IMG/VR virus record: IMGVR_UViG_3300047089_000307
Span: 94,652-158,651 of that record
Length of the DNA: 64,000 bases
Source: a virus
Reading direction: 5' to 3' (one strand)
Shown here: one piece after another, positions 38,518-50,269 of the stretch
How positions within the stretch are numbered: the stretch's first letter is position 1
Layout: every line of letters starts with the position of its first letter
The notes under the pieces: model-generated
Told to the model about the DNA's origin: nothing
Seen by the model: the letters and a program-made list of their open reading frames with translations, nothing else
The model's database searches: none
Position numbers and translations under genes: made by a program

Positions 38518-41500
38518 GAGCTGTCCTCTCCCTCGTTGCCTGCCGCTATCCCGGGAAGGCCGAATGCCGCGATATGACGTGCTATGGCCAGGTCAAGGGC
38601 GGTGAAGTCGTCTTCGTTCATGGGCAAAGTCCTCTTTCTTGGTATTTTGCAGTATAACCCTGACCGGGCAAGGGAATGCCCCGTACCCGGGAAACGGGCA
38701 CGGGGCACTCGGCTAGCGGGGTCAGTTACCGTGCGGGCTGCCAGCCAGGGCAGCCGCAGCTGCATTCCGCGGTGCTGCTGTGCACGTGGCCGCAGGCAGC
38801 GCATGCGGGGGCGGCGGGCGGGGTCATGGTGATCGCTCCTCCTCTCCTGTCTCAGTAGTGGCGGCGCCCTGGGTGAGGGCGTCCAGGACCAGGTTCCGGG
38901 CGGCTAGCCGGGGCAGCAGCGCCGACACGGTCAGGTCCGTGATCGCCTCGCCCCAGTAGTACGGGCCGAATACCCGGCCGGGCAGCCGGGAGAACTCCAG
39001 CGTGACGCGCTCCCCCCGGTAGGACCGGGCCCGGGTGACGGTGACGGTGCCCGCGATCATGTCAGTCAGCCTCGGGGCCGTCATCCTCGTCCTCCTCGCA
39101 TTCCGGCGGCTCCAGGTACTCCGGGTGGTCCAGCGGGGGCCTGCCCGCATCCCAGCCCAGCAGGGCCCTGGCCTCAGTCACCAGGTCGTTGTAGGTCTCC
39201 CAGGCGCGGTCGTTCTCCACCACGTAAGCCCGGCCGTCAGCCGTGGTGCCCTCGTTGTCCAGTCGCAGGGCCGCGATGCCCATGATGAACCGCAGCGCCT
39301 CCTGCGCGTCCAGGCGGGTGAAGTCCAGGGCTGAGTGCCCGTCCGCGCTGCGCAGGCGCGTGGCGTCAGTCGTCATTGCCGTGCCTCCTGTCCTCGTGCG
39401 GGCACGCCCCCGCCCAGCTCCGTACCCGGGCGATGAGCAGCTCGTTCCACCGCGCGCTGCCCTTCTCCGGCATTTCCTCGCCCTCGTCCAGGTCGTAGCC
39501 ATCGATATCGGTGCCGGCGTACTGGGCGATGATGATCTCGTCCAGGCTGGCTCCCGGGTGGTCCAGCAGGTGCATGACGCTGTTGACGGCCAGGTTGAGG
39601 ATGTCGTCCTGCGCGATGGTCTCGCTGGATTCACCCTCGTGCTCCGATAGCAGGCTGGCGGCTGCGTTCAGGGCCGCGGAGACTTGCTCGCGGGTGTAGG
39701 CCAGGGTCGTTCCCTGGCTCGCCAGTGCGGCGACCCGGGCGAGCAGGCTGAGGTAATCCTCGTGCCCTGCCCGGGTCCCGCCCGGGTTATCGCGGAGCCA
39801 CTCGCCGAATGCCTTGGCCATCAGGCTTCTCCTTCCCTGCGCTCCGGCCGCGGTGCGCCGCAGTTACCGCAGGTGCCGTCTTCCACGGGGCTGCGGTAGC
39901 CGCACGCGTGGCCTTCCTCCAGGCGGTTGCGGCATTGCCAGGCGAACCTGGCCTTGTCGAGGAGCTGGTCCAGGGTGTCTGACTCGTAGTCGTCTGCGAC
40001 GTTCCGCAGCCGGCCCAGGATGCCGCCCGGCTCCCATGGCCCAGGCCCTGCTGAGGCCACGGCCACGTCCGTCCATTCGGAGGTGTCGTGGTTCCCGTAG
40101 TTGGCGGCGTCATCAAGCGCGAATTCGACGGCGCTGAGGATTCCTGCCTCATCGGTTCCGTCCGGGGCCTCGACTGTGACCAGGATTGCCTTCTTCATCT
40201 CACTCACCTCCCGTCAGCGTGACGCAGCCGGCGCTGTTCCCGTTGGCGTCCAGGATGAGGGCGCGGAAATCAGGGATGACTGCCCAGGATTCCATGTCGT
40301 CCTCCATGCGCTCCACGACCCGGGTGACGGTGCGGTACACGTCGTCTTTCGTGATCATGGCGTCATCGCCGAGCGTGATGCTGATCTCAAGTTTCCGTGG
40401 CATTTTTCCTTTCCTTTCAGGTAGCGACGTCCAGGGTTACGAGGACTATGTCGTACGAGCAGCCGTCAGGTGCCTCCGCTGACGTGTCCTTCCACGTCAG
40501 CGGGTTTACTCCGTTTTCGTGCTCCTGGCAGGCGGTGCGTGCCTTCTCTTCGTCAGAGAAGCCGCCTATTACGCCGGATTTATGCCCGTCCGGGTAATCG
40601 TGCAGTGCAATGTAGATATCCATCTCTTCTCTTTCTCTTCTTCAGGCTGAGTGCCTGCGACCGCGCACGGGAAATTCCCGCCCGCGATCGCCAGTGCTCA
40701 GTTACTTTTTCCTGGCCTCGTCCGCCTCGCGGGCCAGGGCCGTGTCCTCGGGGCCGTCCGGGTCGTACCCCCCGGCGGTGAGCCACGCGAGGGCGCGCTC
40801 CCGGTTCGCGCCGCGGTCCTTGAGCATCCGGAACGCCTCGCGTACCGGCGTGGAGTACCCGCCCTGGATCATGACGGCGTGCATGGCCGCCTTCTCCGGA
40901 TCGTGGAATCCCAGCTCGTCGGCGAAGAAGCCGCCAAGCTCGTCAGCGAAATAGCCCATTCCCATTCCCATTCCCATTCCCATTCCCTTGTCCCCTTTCT
41001 CAGTCTCCGTGCGGGTGGACCAGGATGGCGACGATGGCCAGGGCCTGCCAGTGGTCCAGGCCGGTGATCACCGGGATCAGGCCCCGGTCACAGGTCAGCT
41101 CGCTGACGGCGTAGCCGCGATCTCCGGTCAGGGCAGCGATCAGCGCATTCCCGTGCACGCGCCATTCCCTTTCATGCGGGTGACCCGGGCAGTGGGCGGC
41201 CCCGCATTCGCAGGGGACTGCGGGGTTATCGCAGTCGTCTACCTCGCAGGGAGCCGGGCCTGGGCGGTGCAGGGTGCTCATCGTCCCTCCTCCTCCTCCT
41301 GCGCCTCGATGGCGTCGGCCAGGGCCGTGAGCACGGGCAGCGGGTCCCGGTCGGTGAGCGCCAGCAGGGCCGCGGTCATCACGTCCGGGCTGGCGCCGCT
41401 CAGCAGGAGCAGCGCCTTGGCCCGGGGGTGGCGCAGCGGGCTGCCCGCTACCGGGTCCTTGTCGCCCTTGCGCCAGACCGGGAGTACCAGCGCGGTGCGT

Positions 41501-42242
41501 TGCTCGTGCGGGTGCCGTAGCCGCCGCCGGATGAAGAACGTTCCCGGCAGCAGCACGACGCGGTGGCATCGCTTGCCGGCCGGCGCGTGGCACAGCGGGC
41601 AGGCGTGCCGCAGCGACTTAACTTCACGCAGGTAGCCTGCCAGGTCGCTGTTCAGCTCCAGTGACATCTCGTTCATGGCATCCTTTCCTCATCGGCCATC
41701 GTCAGCAGCCGTCTCGCCAGTTCCCTCAGCTCGTCCGGGCCGGCGTTCTCGATGACGTCCCGGAGGTAGGCCACGGCGCTGGCCCTGCGCTCGGTGGGCT
41801 CCCAGCTGAGCTGGCCGAGCGCGGAGCCGGTTGTCCACGTGCAGTACACGGTTCTCTTCCTTTCAGTAGCGGCGGAGCTCACCAGTGCCCGATGATCGTC
41901 CGGCAGTGGCAGCACAGCAGCGGGCACCGGCCGCCATCGAACTTCCTGATCCCCTTCTCCGGGGGGCAGTGATGACCTCGCGCGCACAGCGTGGCCGCGA
42001 GCAGGGCGTGCCAGGTCTCGCCGGGCTTGCGGCAGTAATCCCGGACGGCGTGCTTCCAGGTCACCAGCCGGGGCTTGCGCTTCACGGGACGGCCTGCCCG
42101 CGGGCGCTCTCCGGACCGGCAGTCCAGCTGGCCTCCTCGCCGCTGAAGTCCTGCTCGGTCCAGGTCGTCCGGCACAGCAGGAGGCTGACGGGGCAGTCCG
42201 GTGCGCCGTCGCAGCACCACCAGGGCACGAATGATGCCCTGC

Positions 42243-43046
42243 TCATGCGGCCTTCGCCGCCTTCGCGGCCTTGGCCGCCGCCACGCTGGCCTTCAGGATG
42301 TCGCCCAGGTCAGCGGGCGCCCCGGTGCCCGGCTCGGCAGCGGAGGTCCCGGGCGGCAGTACCACGTCACCGCCGGCGATCTTCGCCTCGATGACCTGCT
42401 CCAGTGCCTCCCGGTAGCCGTCGTGGTAGGCGTCCGGGCTGAAGTCTTCGGTCAGGGTGTCGATCAGCATGGCCGCCGACGCCAGCTCCTGGCTGCGCAC
42501 CTGCGTGTCCTCGTCCAGGAACGCGAAGTCCGGCGAGCGCACCTCATCCGGCCACAGCAGCGTCTCCAGCACCAGCATGTCGCCGAGGACGCGGATGACC
42601 GCCAGGGACTCCCGCAGCCGCAGGGCCACCTTGGCGACGGCCACCCGCCCGGAGCTGCGCAGTGCCTCGCGGAACAGCACGTACGCCCGCGTCCCGCCCC
42701 GGCCCGGCTCCAGGTAGTAGCTCTTGCCGGACAGCAGCGGGCTGACCTGCCCCGCGGCGGTGAAGCTCAGCACCTCGACCTGCTTGCGGGTCGGCAGCGG
42801 CAGGCGTGCCAGGTCGGCGTCCGTCAGCACGGCCACCGTCCCGTCCGGCAGCTCATAGCCCTTGGCCAGGTCGGAGTACGGGACCTCCGCGCCGTCAGCC
42901 GAGCAGATGCGGCGCAGGTGGATGCGCGCCCCGTCCGCCTGGTGCACCTGGTGGAAGGCGACGTCCCGCTCTCCGGTGGCGGCGTACAGCTTCACCGGGA
43001 TGACGACCATGCCGAACGAAACTGTGCCTGACCATATGCTTCTCAT
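42243..43046 (-). CDS. ku: Ku (NHEJ) DNA end-binding protein
   Basis: MRSIWSGTVSFGMVVIPVKLY, KGYE, SYYLEP, TLLWPDEVR, Y.D.YREAL. Confidence 0.95.
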   Translation of the reverse strand: MRSIWSGTVSFGMVVIPVKLYAATGERDVAFHQVHQADGARIHLRRICSADGAEVPYSDLAKGYELPDGTVAVLTDADLARLPLPTRKQVEVLSFTAAGQVSPLLSGKSYYLEPGRGGTRAYVLFREALRSSGRVAVAKVALRLRESLAVIRVLGDMLVLETLLWPDEVRSPDFAFLDEDTQVRSQELASAAMLIDTLTEDFSPDAYHDGYREALEQVIEAKIAGGDVVLPPGTSAAEPGTGAPADLGDILKASVAAAKAAKAAKAA

Positions 43047-43081
43047 GGTTTCCTCTTTCTTCTTCGGATACTATCGCTGGC

Positions 43082-43660
43082 ATGGTGCCATGCGAGCTGT
43101 GCTCGGAGCCCCAGGTTGCCCGGGGGCTGTGCAGGAAGCACTACTCCGCGCAGTACGACCGGGCGCGGCACGAGGCGCATCCGCTGCGTCACGCCTTCTA
43201 TGGCATGCAGGGCCGCTGCCGGAACCCGGGTGACAAGGACTGGCATAACTACGGGGCCCGGGGCATCACCGTCTACGAGCCGTGGATCGGGAACTTCCCT
43301 GCGTACGAGCGCTATGTTCAGGACGAGGTCGGCAACTGCCAGCACGGGTACTGCGGGGGCTGCCCGCAGCGCTGCGCTATCGACCGCGTTGATAAGGACG
43401 GGCCGTATGAGCCTGGGCAGCTCCGCTGGGCTACGCCTGGGGAGCAGTGGGCTAACAGGCGTGATTTCGTGCCCTTCGGAGGTAAGCGCGCCCGGGGTGA
43501 ACGGCAGGGCAGCGCCAAGCTGACTGAAGCTAGCGTCCGTGATATCCGCAGGCGCGTGGCAGCGGGCGAGAGCAAGGCGTCGGTGGCCAGGCGTTATGAC
43601 GTAACGGATGTCCTGGTCGGCATGATCGTGCGCCGGCGAGCGTGGGGCTGGCTGGAGTGA
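43082..43660 (+). CDS. HNH homing endonuclease with C-terminal HTH
   Basis: M..RC.NP....YGARGITV, IDRVD.DG.YEPG..RWAT..EQ..NR, AKLT...V..IR; antisense to its neighbours. Confidence 0.85.
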   Translation: MVPCELCSEPQVARGLCRKHYSAQYDRARHEAHPLRHAFYGMQGRCRNPGDKDWHNYGARGITVYEPWIGNFPAYERYVQDEVGNCQHGYCGGCPQRCAIDRVDKDGPYEPGQLRWATPGEQWANRRDFVPFGGKRARGERQGSAKLTEASVRDIRRRVAAGESKASVARRYDVTDVLVGMIVRRRAWGWLE

Positions 43661-43981
43661 GCCAGCCCCCGTGTCGCTCATGCCTGCCTCTTTCTTCTCT
43701 CAGGATTCGCTGGCGTCCTTCGCCAGCTTCCGGGTCCGCGCGTTGTACCCGGCGTTGGCGGCGACCCGCGCGGCCGTGACCGGCGCGGACATGCCGCCGG
43801 TAGCGACGAACGCGAGCAGGTGCAGTCCCTTGCGGGTCCTCTTGTCCTTGCGGACGATGACGACCGGTGGCTTGCGTGCCATGTTCTTTCCCTTTCTCTT
43901 TCTGTCTCTTGCAGTATATCTTCCCAGGCTGGTCGCCTGCGGACGCGGACGGGGGAAGATCCCGCCCGCGACCGCCAGCGG

Positions 43982-44374
43982 TCAGAGCTGGCTGTTGATC
44001 AGCTGCCAGATTTCCGGGAACGTGGTTCCGGTGTCGTTGAGGCTGGCCAGCGAGTCCTGGTTCCGGCCTTCCGGCCGGCCGGCCATGGTCACCACCGGGC
44101 TAGCCAGGGTCAGCCCGGCCCAGCTGGTGACAGCCGAGGGGAGCAGCGCGTATGCCCAGTCCGTTCCGTCCGGGGTGGCGTAGCGGTACCTCCCGTTCTC
44201 CGGGTTGAGGGTGCGCACGACGATTCCGGCTTCCACGGCCAGGTCGCACAGGCCGCCGAGGCAGCAGAACTCCTCCTTCCCGCTCTCGGTAACCTGGCGC
44301 AGCGCGCCCCTGCCCTGCTCGTCCGCGTGCGCCAGCAGCCATTCGCCCCACCGGGCTTTGATCTCGGGGTTCAT
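43982..44374 (-). CDS. hypothetical phage protein (FCCLGGLCDL family), paralog 1
   Basis: Tandem paralog of 44410..44799. Confidence 0.75.
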   Translation of the reverse strand: MNPEIKARWGEWLLAHADEQGRGALRQVTESGKEEFCCLGGLCDLAVEAGIVVRTLNPENGRYRYATPDGTDWAYALLPSAVTSWAGLTLASPVVTMAGRPEGRNQDSLASLNDTGTTFPEIWQLINSQL

Positions 44375-44409
44375 TGGCGTTGCGGTGCCGTTCCCTCTCC
44401 TTCGTGCTT

Positions 44410-44799
44410 TCACAGTTGCTCGCTGATGAGCCGCCAGATACTCGGGAAGCGGTAGCCTTGGTCGTTCAGCTCGGCCAGCGACGCGCGATGGCTGTCCGCG
44501 AGGGAGACCACCGGGTTGCTGTCCGGCAGGCCGGCCCACTGGTACACGGCCCGGGGCAGCGTCCCGGTCTCCGGTTCCGGGTGCAGCTCTCCTTCCACGT
44601 AGTAGCCGTACTTGCGCGTGGCCTCATTGAAGGTGCGCACGACGATTCCGGCGGCCACGGCCAGGTCGCACAGGCCGCCGAGGCAGCAGAACTTGCCTCC
44701 AGCGTCAGTCTCCTGGCGTAGCGCGCCCGTGCCCTGCTCGTCCGCGTGCTCCAGCAGCCACGCGCCCCACTGGTCCTTGATCTCGGCGTTCATTGGCAT
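44410..44799 (-). CDS. hypothetical phage protein (FCCLGGLCDL family), paralog 2
   Basis: MNAEIK..WG.WLL.HADEQG.GALRQ...FCCLGGLCDLAV. Confidence 0.75.
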   Translation of the reverse strand: MPMNAEIKDQWGAWLLEHADEQGTGALRQETDAGGKFCCLGGLCDLAVAAGIVVRTFNEATRKYGYYVEGELHPEPETGTLPRAVYQWAGLPDSNPVVSLADSHRASLAELNDQGYRFPSIWRLISEQL

Positions 44800-45391
44800 T
44801 TCGGTGCCGTTTCCTTTCTTGTTTTCTCCTGTTTGCCCTGACCGGGCAAGGAAGCGCCCGTGCCCTGTTCCCAGGGCACGGGCGCTTGGCTAACCGGGTC
44901 AGTCTCCTTACCAGATTTGCTGGCCGGCCAGCCGGATAGCGTGCTCGCGCTCGCGCTCCAGGGTCTCCGGCGGCCAGTCGACCGTGCCGGTGATAACGAG
45001 GTCGCTGACGCGGACGATAGTCCACGCCACGCCGACGCCTCCGACGTATTCCGCCTCCTCGCGGAGGCAGAAGTCCAGGGGAACGTTGTCCGGCCCTGCC
45101 CCGCGGGGAGGGTCAATGCGGCCTTCCGCCAGCAGCTCATCCAGGATCTCCCGCGCCAGGGCGCCTTGCTCATCCGCAGGAGCCGGGCGCGGCGGGCGCC
45201 GCCGCAGCCAGGCGTCCACCCGGTAGCTGTGCACGTCCGATATCTCCCGCTGGCGGTACCAGGGGAAAGGCCGCCACGTCCAGCGCTGGTACCGGTAGAC
45301 GCGGGTCGTGGTGAAGGTGGTCCCGACGTCAGGGGCCAGGGCAGCCTCGTTCACGGCGTGTGCTCCTGCCAGCCGAAGTACACTCTGTTTT

Positions 45392-45967
45392 TCATGAATG
45401 ACTCCATCTCTTCCTGTTCACGATCATGGAAATAGTCGCCTTACTCACGCAGAATTCGTCAGCTAGCATCCTTTGCTTTTCTCCAGCCGCGTGTCTTTGC
45501 CGGATTTGCGATACGTCTTTCTCGGTTAGCTTTGCCATCGGGTTCTGGCTGCCTGCGTTCGCAGTGCCGTCACGTACCCGGTCCCCCTGGTTCTCCGCTG
45601 GCGTTCCGTAGCGCAAGTTGGCTACGCAGTTCACCAGGTTTCCCTCAGGGCCATGGCAGCACTGCATGCCCGCAGGGCGCTCGCCAAGGTGAGCGCGAGC
45701 GACCAGCGTGTGCACCATGTGGTGGTGGATGATGCCGTCCGCGTCGGTGAGGGTCACCTGCCAGTAATTCCTGTGCCAGCTCACCGGACTGGATGAGGCG
45801 CGGTACTGCCTGATGATCCCGCCGGGGCGCGTCCACGGATACGTTTTCCCTTTCCGTGACCTGCGCCAGATGATGCGATCAAGGGACCGTACGGTCCCTT
45901 GATCGCTCACCTCGTACAGTCCCTCGTACCCGACTACCGGGAGCCACTCACTGGTCTTTGTGTTCAC
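45392..45967 (-). CDS. NUMOD4-HNH homing endonuclease
   Basis: EWLPVVGYEGLYEVSDQG.VRS, VHTLVA, NLRYGTPAEN, AKLT HTH. Confidence 0.9.
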   Translation of the reverse strand: MNTKTSEWLPVVGYEGLYEVSDQGTVRSLDRIIWRRSRKGKTYPWTRPGGIIRQYRASSSPVSWHRNYWQVTLTDADGIIHHHMVHTLVARAHLGERPAGMQCCHGPEGNLVNCVANLRYGTPAENQGDRVRDGTANAGSQNPMAKLTEKDVSQIRQRHAAGEKQRMLADEFCVSKATISMIVNRKRWSHS

Positions 45968-46507
45968 TCCAGTTAAAATACACTCTGGGCGCGTGCGTGA
46001 ACTCCAGCGATCCCAGCGTGCCGTCTGACTTGCGCGAGACGACCACGTACGGCGCCTGGAATCCCAGCACGTCGAATTCCTCTTGCAGCTGCTCGGTAGT
46101 CCACGTCTGCGTGGGCCATTGCCGGCTCAGGTCCCGGTGCGCCTGCGCGGCCTCGGGGGACTCGAACATCTTGCCGTCGCTCATGCGCCTGCCTCCGGCT
46201 TCTTCACGTGCCCCTGGAGGAGGAGCATGGACGCCGTGCGCCCGTAGCTCCCCTGAAGCTCCCAGGCCAGGCCGCTGTCCACCAGCTCCTGGAAGAAGGC
46301 GATGATCTCGTCATCGCTCATCTCCCCGTCCTCGTAGGCCATGATCTTGTCCACTAGGTCGTTCTTCACCGCGCTCACGGGATTGCCCTTTCTGTCTCTT
46401 AGAGTATCTTGCCTCGTCCCTGACGGGACAGTGAAGCGCCCGGTCCCTGGCGGGGGACCGGGCGCTCGGACTGCCGTGTCAGCAGTGACGTGGTATCTTG
46501 GAGTCTT

Positions 46508-46603
46508 AGTATGCGGTTGGGCAGGGCATGGCAGGACATGGGCTGGTGCGGCAGGCACGGAGAGCAGGCCCGTTTTCCTGAGTACGGGGAAGCGGGCCTG
46601 CTC
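46508..46603 (+). ncRNA. orphan GGY-NN unit (putative single guide RNA)
   Basis: TATCTT -10, then AGTATGC GGT TG GGC AG GGC AT GGC AG GAC AT GGG CT GGT GC GGCA GGCACGGAGAGC plus hairpin. Confidence 0.7.
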
Positions 46604-46608
46604 CTGTG

Positions 46609-47913
46609 TTAATCGACGCGCCCGCCCATTGACCACGCCCGGACACTCGGCGGGAAGTTCCCCGCCTGGTGCATGGGGACGGTATTTCTGACAAGCTCAT
46701 GCCAGGTCTTGCCGTCTCCGAGCTGGATCGTGGCGTGCTCGGCCGGACGCCGGACGTGGTACAAGCGGCCCCTCGCGTACGTGCGGCCGTTCAGCATCCG
46801 CATCTCGGTGACGCGGTGATTTACCTGGAGCACCAGTGTCATTCGCTGGGACGGGCCCGGCAGGTCTCGCGTCATCATCCCGGGCCGCGCGATGGCGAAC
46901 ACGTCGCCTTGCCTGAGTACGGCCCGGCCCGCTGCCTCGGCTGCCAGGACCTCCGGCGGCTTGAGTGCCTCCCGGGCCGCGGCTACCGTCTGCGGCCGGG
47001 CACCGCGGGGCAGCTCAGCCAGGAAGTACAGCGGCCGAGGCTCGTTCGTGTCGAACGCGGACAGGAAGTAGGCGTGCCTGCGGGTTTCATGGCCCTGGTC
47101 CCGGCCGAGGTAGCGGGTGTAACTGGCGCGGAACACCGACTCGCCGAGCCAGTGCCGCTGCTCGGTCCAGTGGTACAGGCCGTCCGCGCCTGGCGTGATC
47201 TCCTGGTAGTGGTCTTCCAGCGGCGCCTGGTATTCCGGGCCGGGTACCGGGAAGTTCTGATGGCCGTTCAGCGCGGAGTGGCGGCTGACGTGCCAGCCGC
47301 TGCCGCCGCCGATGGCCGAGTCCGGGTATGCCTTCCGGCCGTCATCCGCGACGGGCGGCGTGATTACCGCTCCGGTGGCGTCCCGCCAGGTGTGCTGCTT
47401 GCGGTGGCTCTCCGGCACGCCGTCCAGCGTGATCGCGGAGTGATCCTCCCTTGTCCATCGCTCGGGAAGCACCTCCACGGGGACGATCGTCTCCATGCTG
47501 ATGCCCGCCTCGCGCAGCGCGGAGAACGGCACGATGACCCATGGCGTGCCGGACTGCTGCGCGGCTTCGCGCATCATGGCGTTGTGGTTATTGGTCCGGC
47601 CGAAGCCGCCGCGGCCCCACCAGTCGCCGTTCAGTACCCACAGCTTCCGTGACCCGTCCTCGTTCAGGATCAGGCGGCCCAGCGGGAAGTGGCTTCCGTA
47701 GGACACGATCTCCGTGATCACGCCACCGTGGCTGTGGTAGTACAGGCTCGACCTGCCGCCGTCCGGGAACCGTGCCCGCAGGTGCCCCTTCTTGCCGTCC
47801 GGCTCGGTGCCATGCGGCTTCCCGGCGTACTGCACGAACCGGGGGATAATGTAGCTTGCGCCGCGACTTTCTTTTTTCATTTCATTTTCCCTTTCTTTTT
47901 CGTCACTCGCCAT
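46609..47913 (-). CDS. hypothetical phage protein (RQGDV motif)
   Basis: 434-aa ORF; VLRQGDVFAI, HxEH motif. Confidence 0.7.
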   Translation of the reverse strand: MASDEKERENEMKKESRGASYIIPRFVQYAGKPHGTEPDGKKGHLRARFPDGGRSSLYYHSHGGVITEIVSYGSHFPLGRLILNEDGSRKLWVLNGDWWGRGGFGRTNNHNAMMREAAQQSGTPWVIVPFSALREAGISMETIVPVEVLPERWTREDHSAITLDGVPESHRKQHTWRDATGAVITPPVADDGRKAYPDSAIGGGSGWHVSRHSALNGHQNFPVPGPEYQAPLEDHYQEITPGADGLYHWTEQRHWLGESVFRASYTRYLGRDQGHETRRHAYFLSAFDTNEPRPLYFLAELPRGARPQTVAAAREALKPPEVLAAEAAGRAVLRQGDVFAIARPGMMTRDLPGPSQRMTLVLQVNHRVTEMRMLNGRTYARGRLYHVRRPAEHATIQLGDGKTWHELVRNTVPMHQAGNFPPSVRAWSMGGRVD

Positions 47914-50269
47914 TGCAGAGGAATGTCACGCCATTCAGCGTCACTTCCTCGTAGGAGGTTTCCAGGAGACCGTCCTGGAGATCCCGGGCGAACCTTTTCG
48001 CTCGCCAGTACGGGGTCTCGGTGGCTTCTCCGTAGGCATCGTGGCTGCGGTATTTCGCGTACGTTGCCCAGTAGCTCTCGCGGACAACGGAGTCAGCCTT
48101 GCCGATGGCCGCGCGGAAGTCTCGCAGTTCCCTCAGCTCTTCGCTCAGCCCGGCGACTTCGTCTAGCGCGCCGTCATCCTGTCCGCCGGCCAGGAGCAGG
48201 AAGATCCTCGCCCGGATTCCGGTGACTCGCTCGTCCACGTCACGGGCGTACAGGATGTCCTCGCGGGACAGGTCGTGAATGTCCTTTGCCATGTGCCTTT
48301 CCTCTTCTCTCAGGCGCGGTTGAAGGCGACGAACCACCCGTTGCCGTGCGTGTCCTCGCGGGAGCAGTACTCCTGCGCGCTTTCCAGCGTGACGTTCTCT
48401 GCTATCAGCAGCTTTTCTTCCCCGGAGCGGAAGACATGGAGGTTCCGGTCGCCCGTTCCTTCTTCCGGTACGGCAGGGAGCCCGTACTTCGCCAGCACTT
48501 CGCTTTTGCCCACTTCTCCTTCTCTCTTTGCCGTGCCCTGACCGGGCGGCAAAGCGCCCCGTGCCTGGTAACCAGGCACGGGGCGCTCGGGCTGGGCGGT
48601 CAGTAAGCCGGGCCGAATACGGTGTCGTCCCAGCGGTCGGTGAACAGCTTCTCGTTCTCCTTCAGCTGCTCGCGCGCCCGGCGCAGTTCCGGCGACACGT
48701 AGTCCGGGTCGCCGTGCGCGCTGAGTGCGGCCCGGTTAGCCTCCCAGTCCGCCTGGTCAATGGCAGACCATGCCTGCGGCTGGTGACCGCTGGCCAGGGT
48801 CTCGCGAACCTCGGCTATGGCTGCGCGTGCTTCCCTGGCCTGCTCTTCCGTGAGCCCGTGCCAGGGTCGCTCCTGCTGCTCCGGTGACGGCCTGAGGGGC
48901 TGCCGCCGGGGCACGCGCATCAGCGGCGCGCACGACCTGCCGTTCGCCAGGCATTCCGGGGCGACCCGGCTACTGCACTGGCACCGGTCAGGCACGGACG
49001 GAAGCTCGCTGAACTGGTTCCCGGTCTTCTCGTGGAAGTCGGCCGCGTCCCGGTAGCCCCAGCTGGGACCGGTGGCCGCGCCGAACCGCGCGCCGGGGTC
49101 GGCGGCGAATATCTCCGCCATGAACCAGCCCCACTCATGCCACGTTGCCGCCCACACCGCCTCGCCGCGTGCCCGCTCGCTGGCCGCGCCGCGGTTGCCG
49201 CTGTTCTTGTACCGGCGCACTCGCAGGACCTTGCCGTGCTGGTCTCGCGTGCCGGGCGGCAGGGAGTGCTTGTCCAGCGTGCCGAGCTGCACCTGCACGG
49301 AGCGGGCGTGCGTCCGCGATGGCCGCGTGGCGAACGATGCGGTGAACACGATGTCCGGCGTTGCCAGGCCGGCCGCCTTCACGCGGTTCAGCGCGCTGTG
49401 GACCTGCTGCTCGGACAGGCTCGTGTAGAGCCTCACGAGATTGCCCGGCCTGGCAGCGTGCCAGCCTGGCGCACCGCTGGCGACACGTAATCCGGGTCCA
49501 GGTACGGGTCGCCTGGCCGCAGTGCCTCTTTCATGGCCTGCCACTGGACGAGCAGTGCCAGGAGCCCTACCTGAATCCGCTTGCGCAGGGTCCACTCGAT
49601 CATTTCCCTTTCCTTTCTGTGTGATTCGTTGCGTGATTGACCGGACAAGGAAGCGGCACCGGCTCGCTTGCGCGAGGCGGTGCCGCTCGGCTAACCAGGT
49701 CAGGTGGTGGCTTACGGGTAGTGGTAGGACGTAATGGTCTTCAGGCCCATGGATTCAGCGACCTCCTCCAGGGCGGCGGCGTAGCCGTCCCGGTAAGCCG
49801 GGTTTCGCCATTCGGCGCTCTTCTCGGCCTCTCGCAGGGCGGTCGTCATCGCCTCCGCCAGGCTGGATAGCTGGTACTCGGCTGTGTCGGCCATGCTCAT
49901 GTCGTTTCCCCCTCTTCGATAGCCGGCACCGGAAGCGGCTCGCCCCGGTACGTCCCGATGAGCGAGTACCGCCAGTTGATGTGCTGCGCTGTGTCCGGTA
50001 GCCTCACGGGCGGCCCGTCCGTCCCGAAGTAGGCGGCCGGGCTGCCGTAGCTGGCGATCCGGATGTCGCCGGCGTCCCGGTGAGACAAGTCGTGGTTCTG
50101 GAAAACGGCCACGCCGTCTCCGCGGGCCAGCCACTGGTTGACCTTCCCGGTGATCTCCCCGGTTCCCTCCGGCCCGTATTCCTCGAAGAGGCAGGCAGCC
50201 AGTTCTCCGGCGGTGAATTCCGTTGCCATGGGTTTTTCCTTTCTCAGTATCTTGCGGTAGTATGGAGGG

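Noticed and set aside
38644-38670. Self-target of the 50270 orphan unit
   Set aside because: Only the first three dinucleotides (AT.TT.CA) fit the gapped pattern; no convincing in-window target was found in a limited manual check
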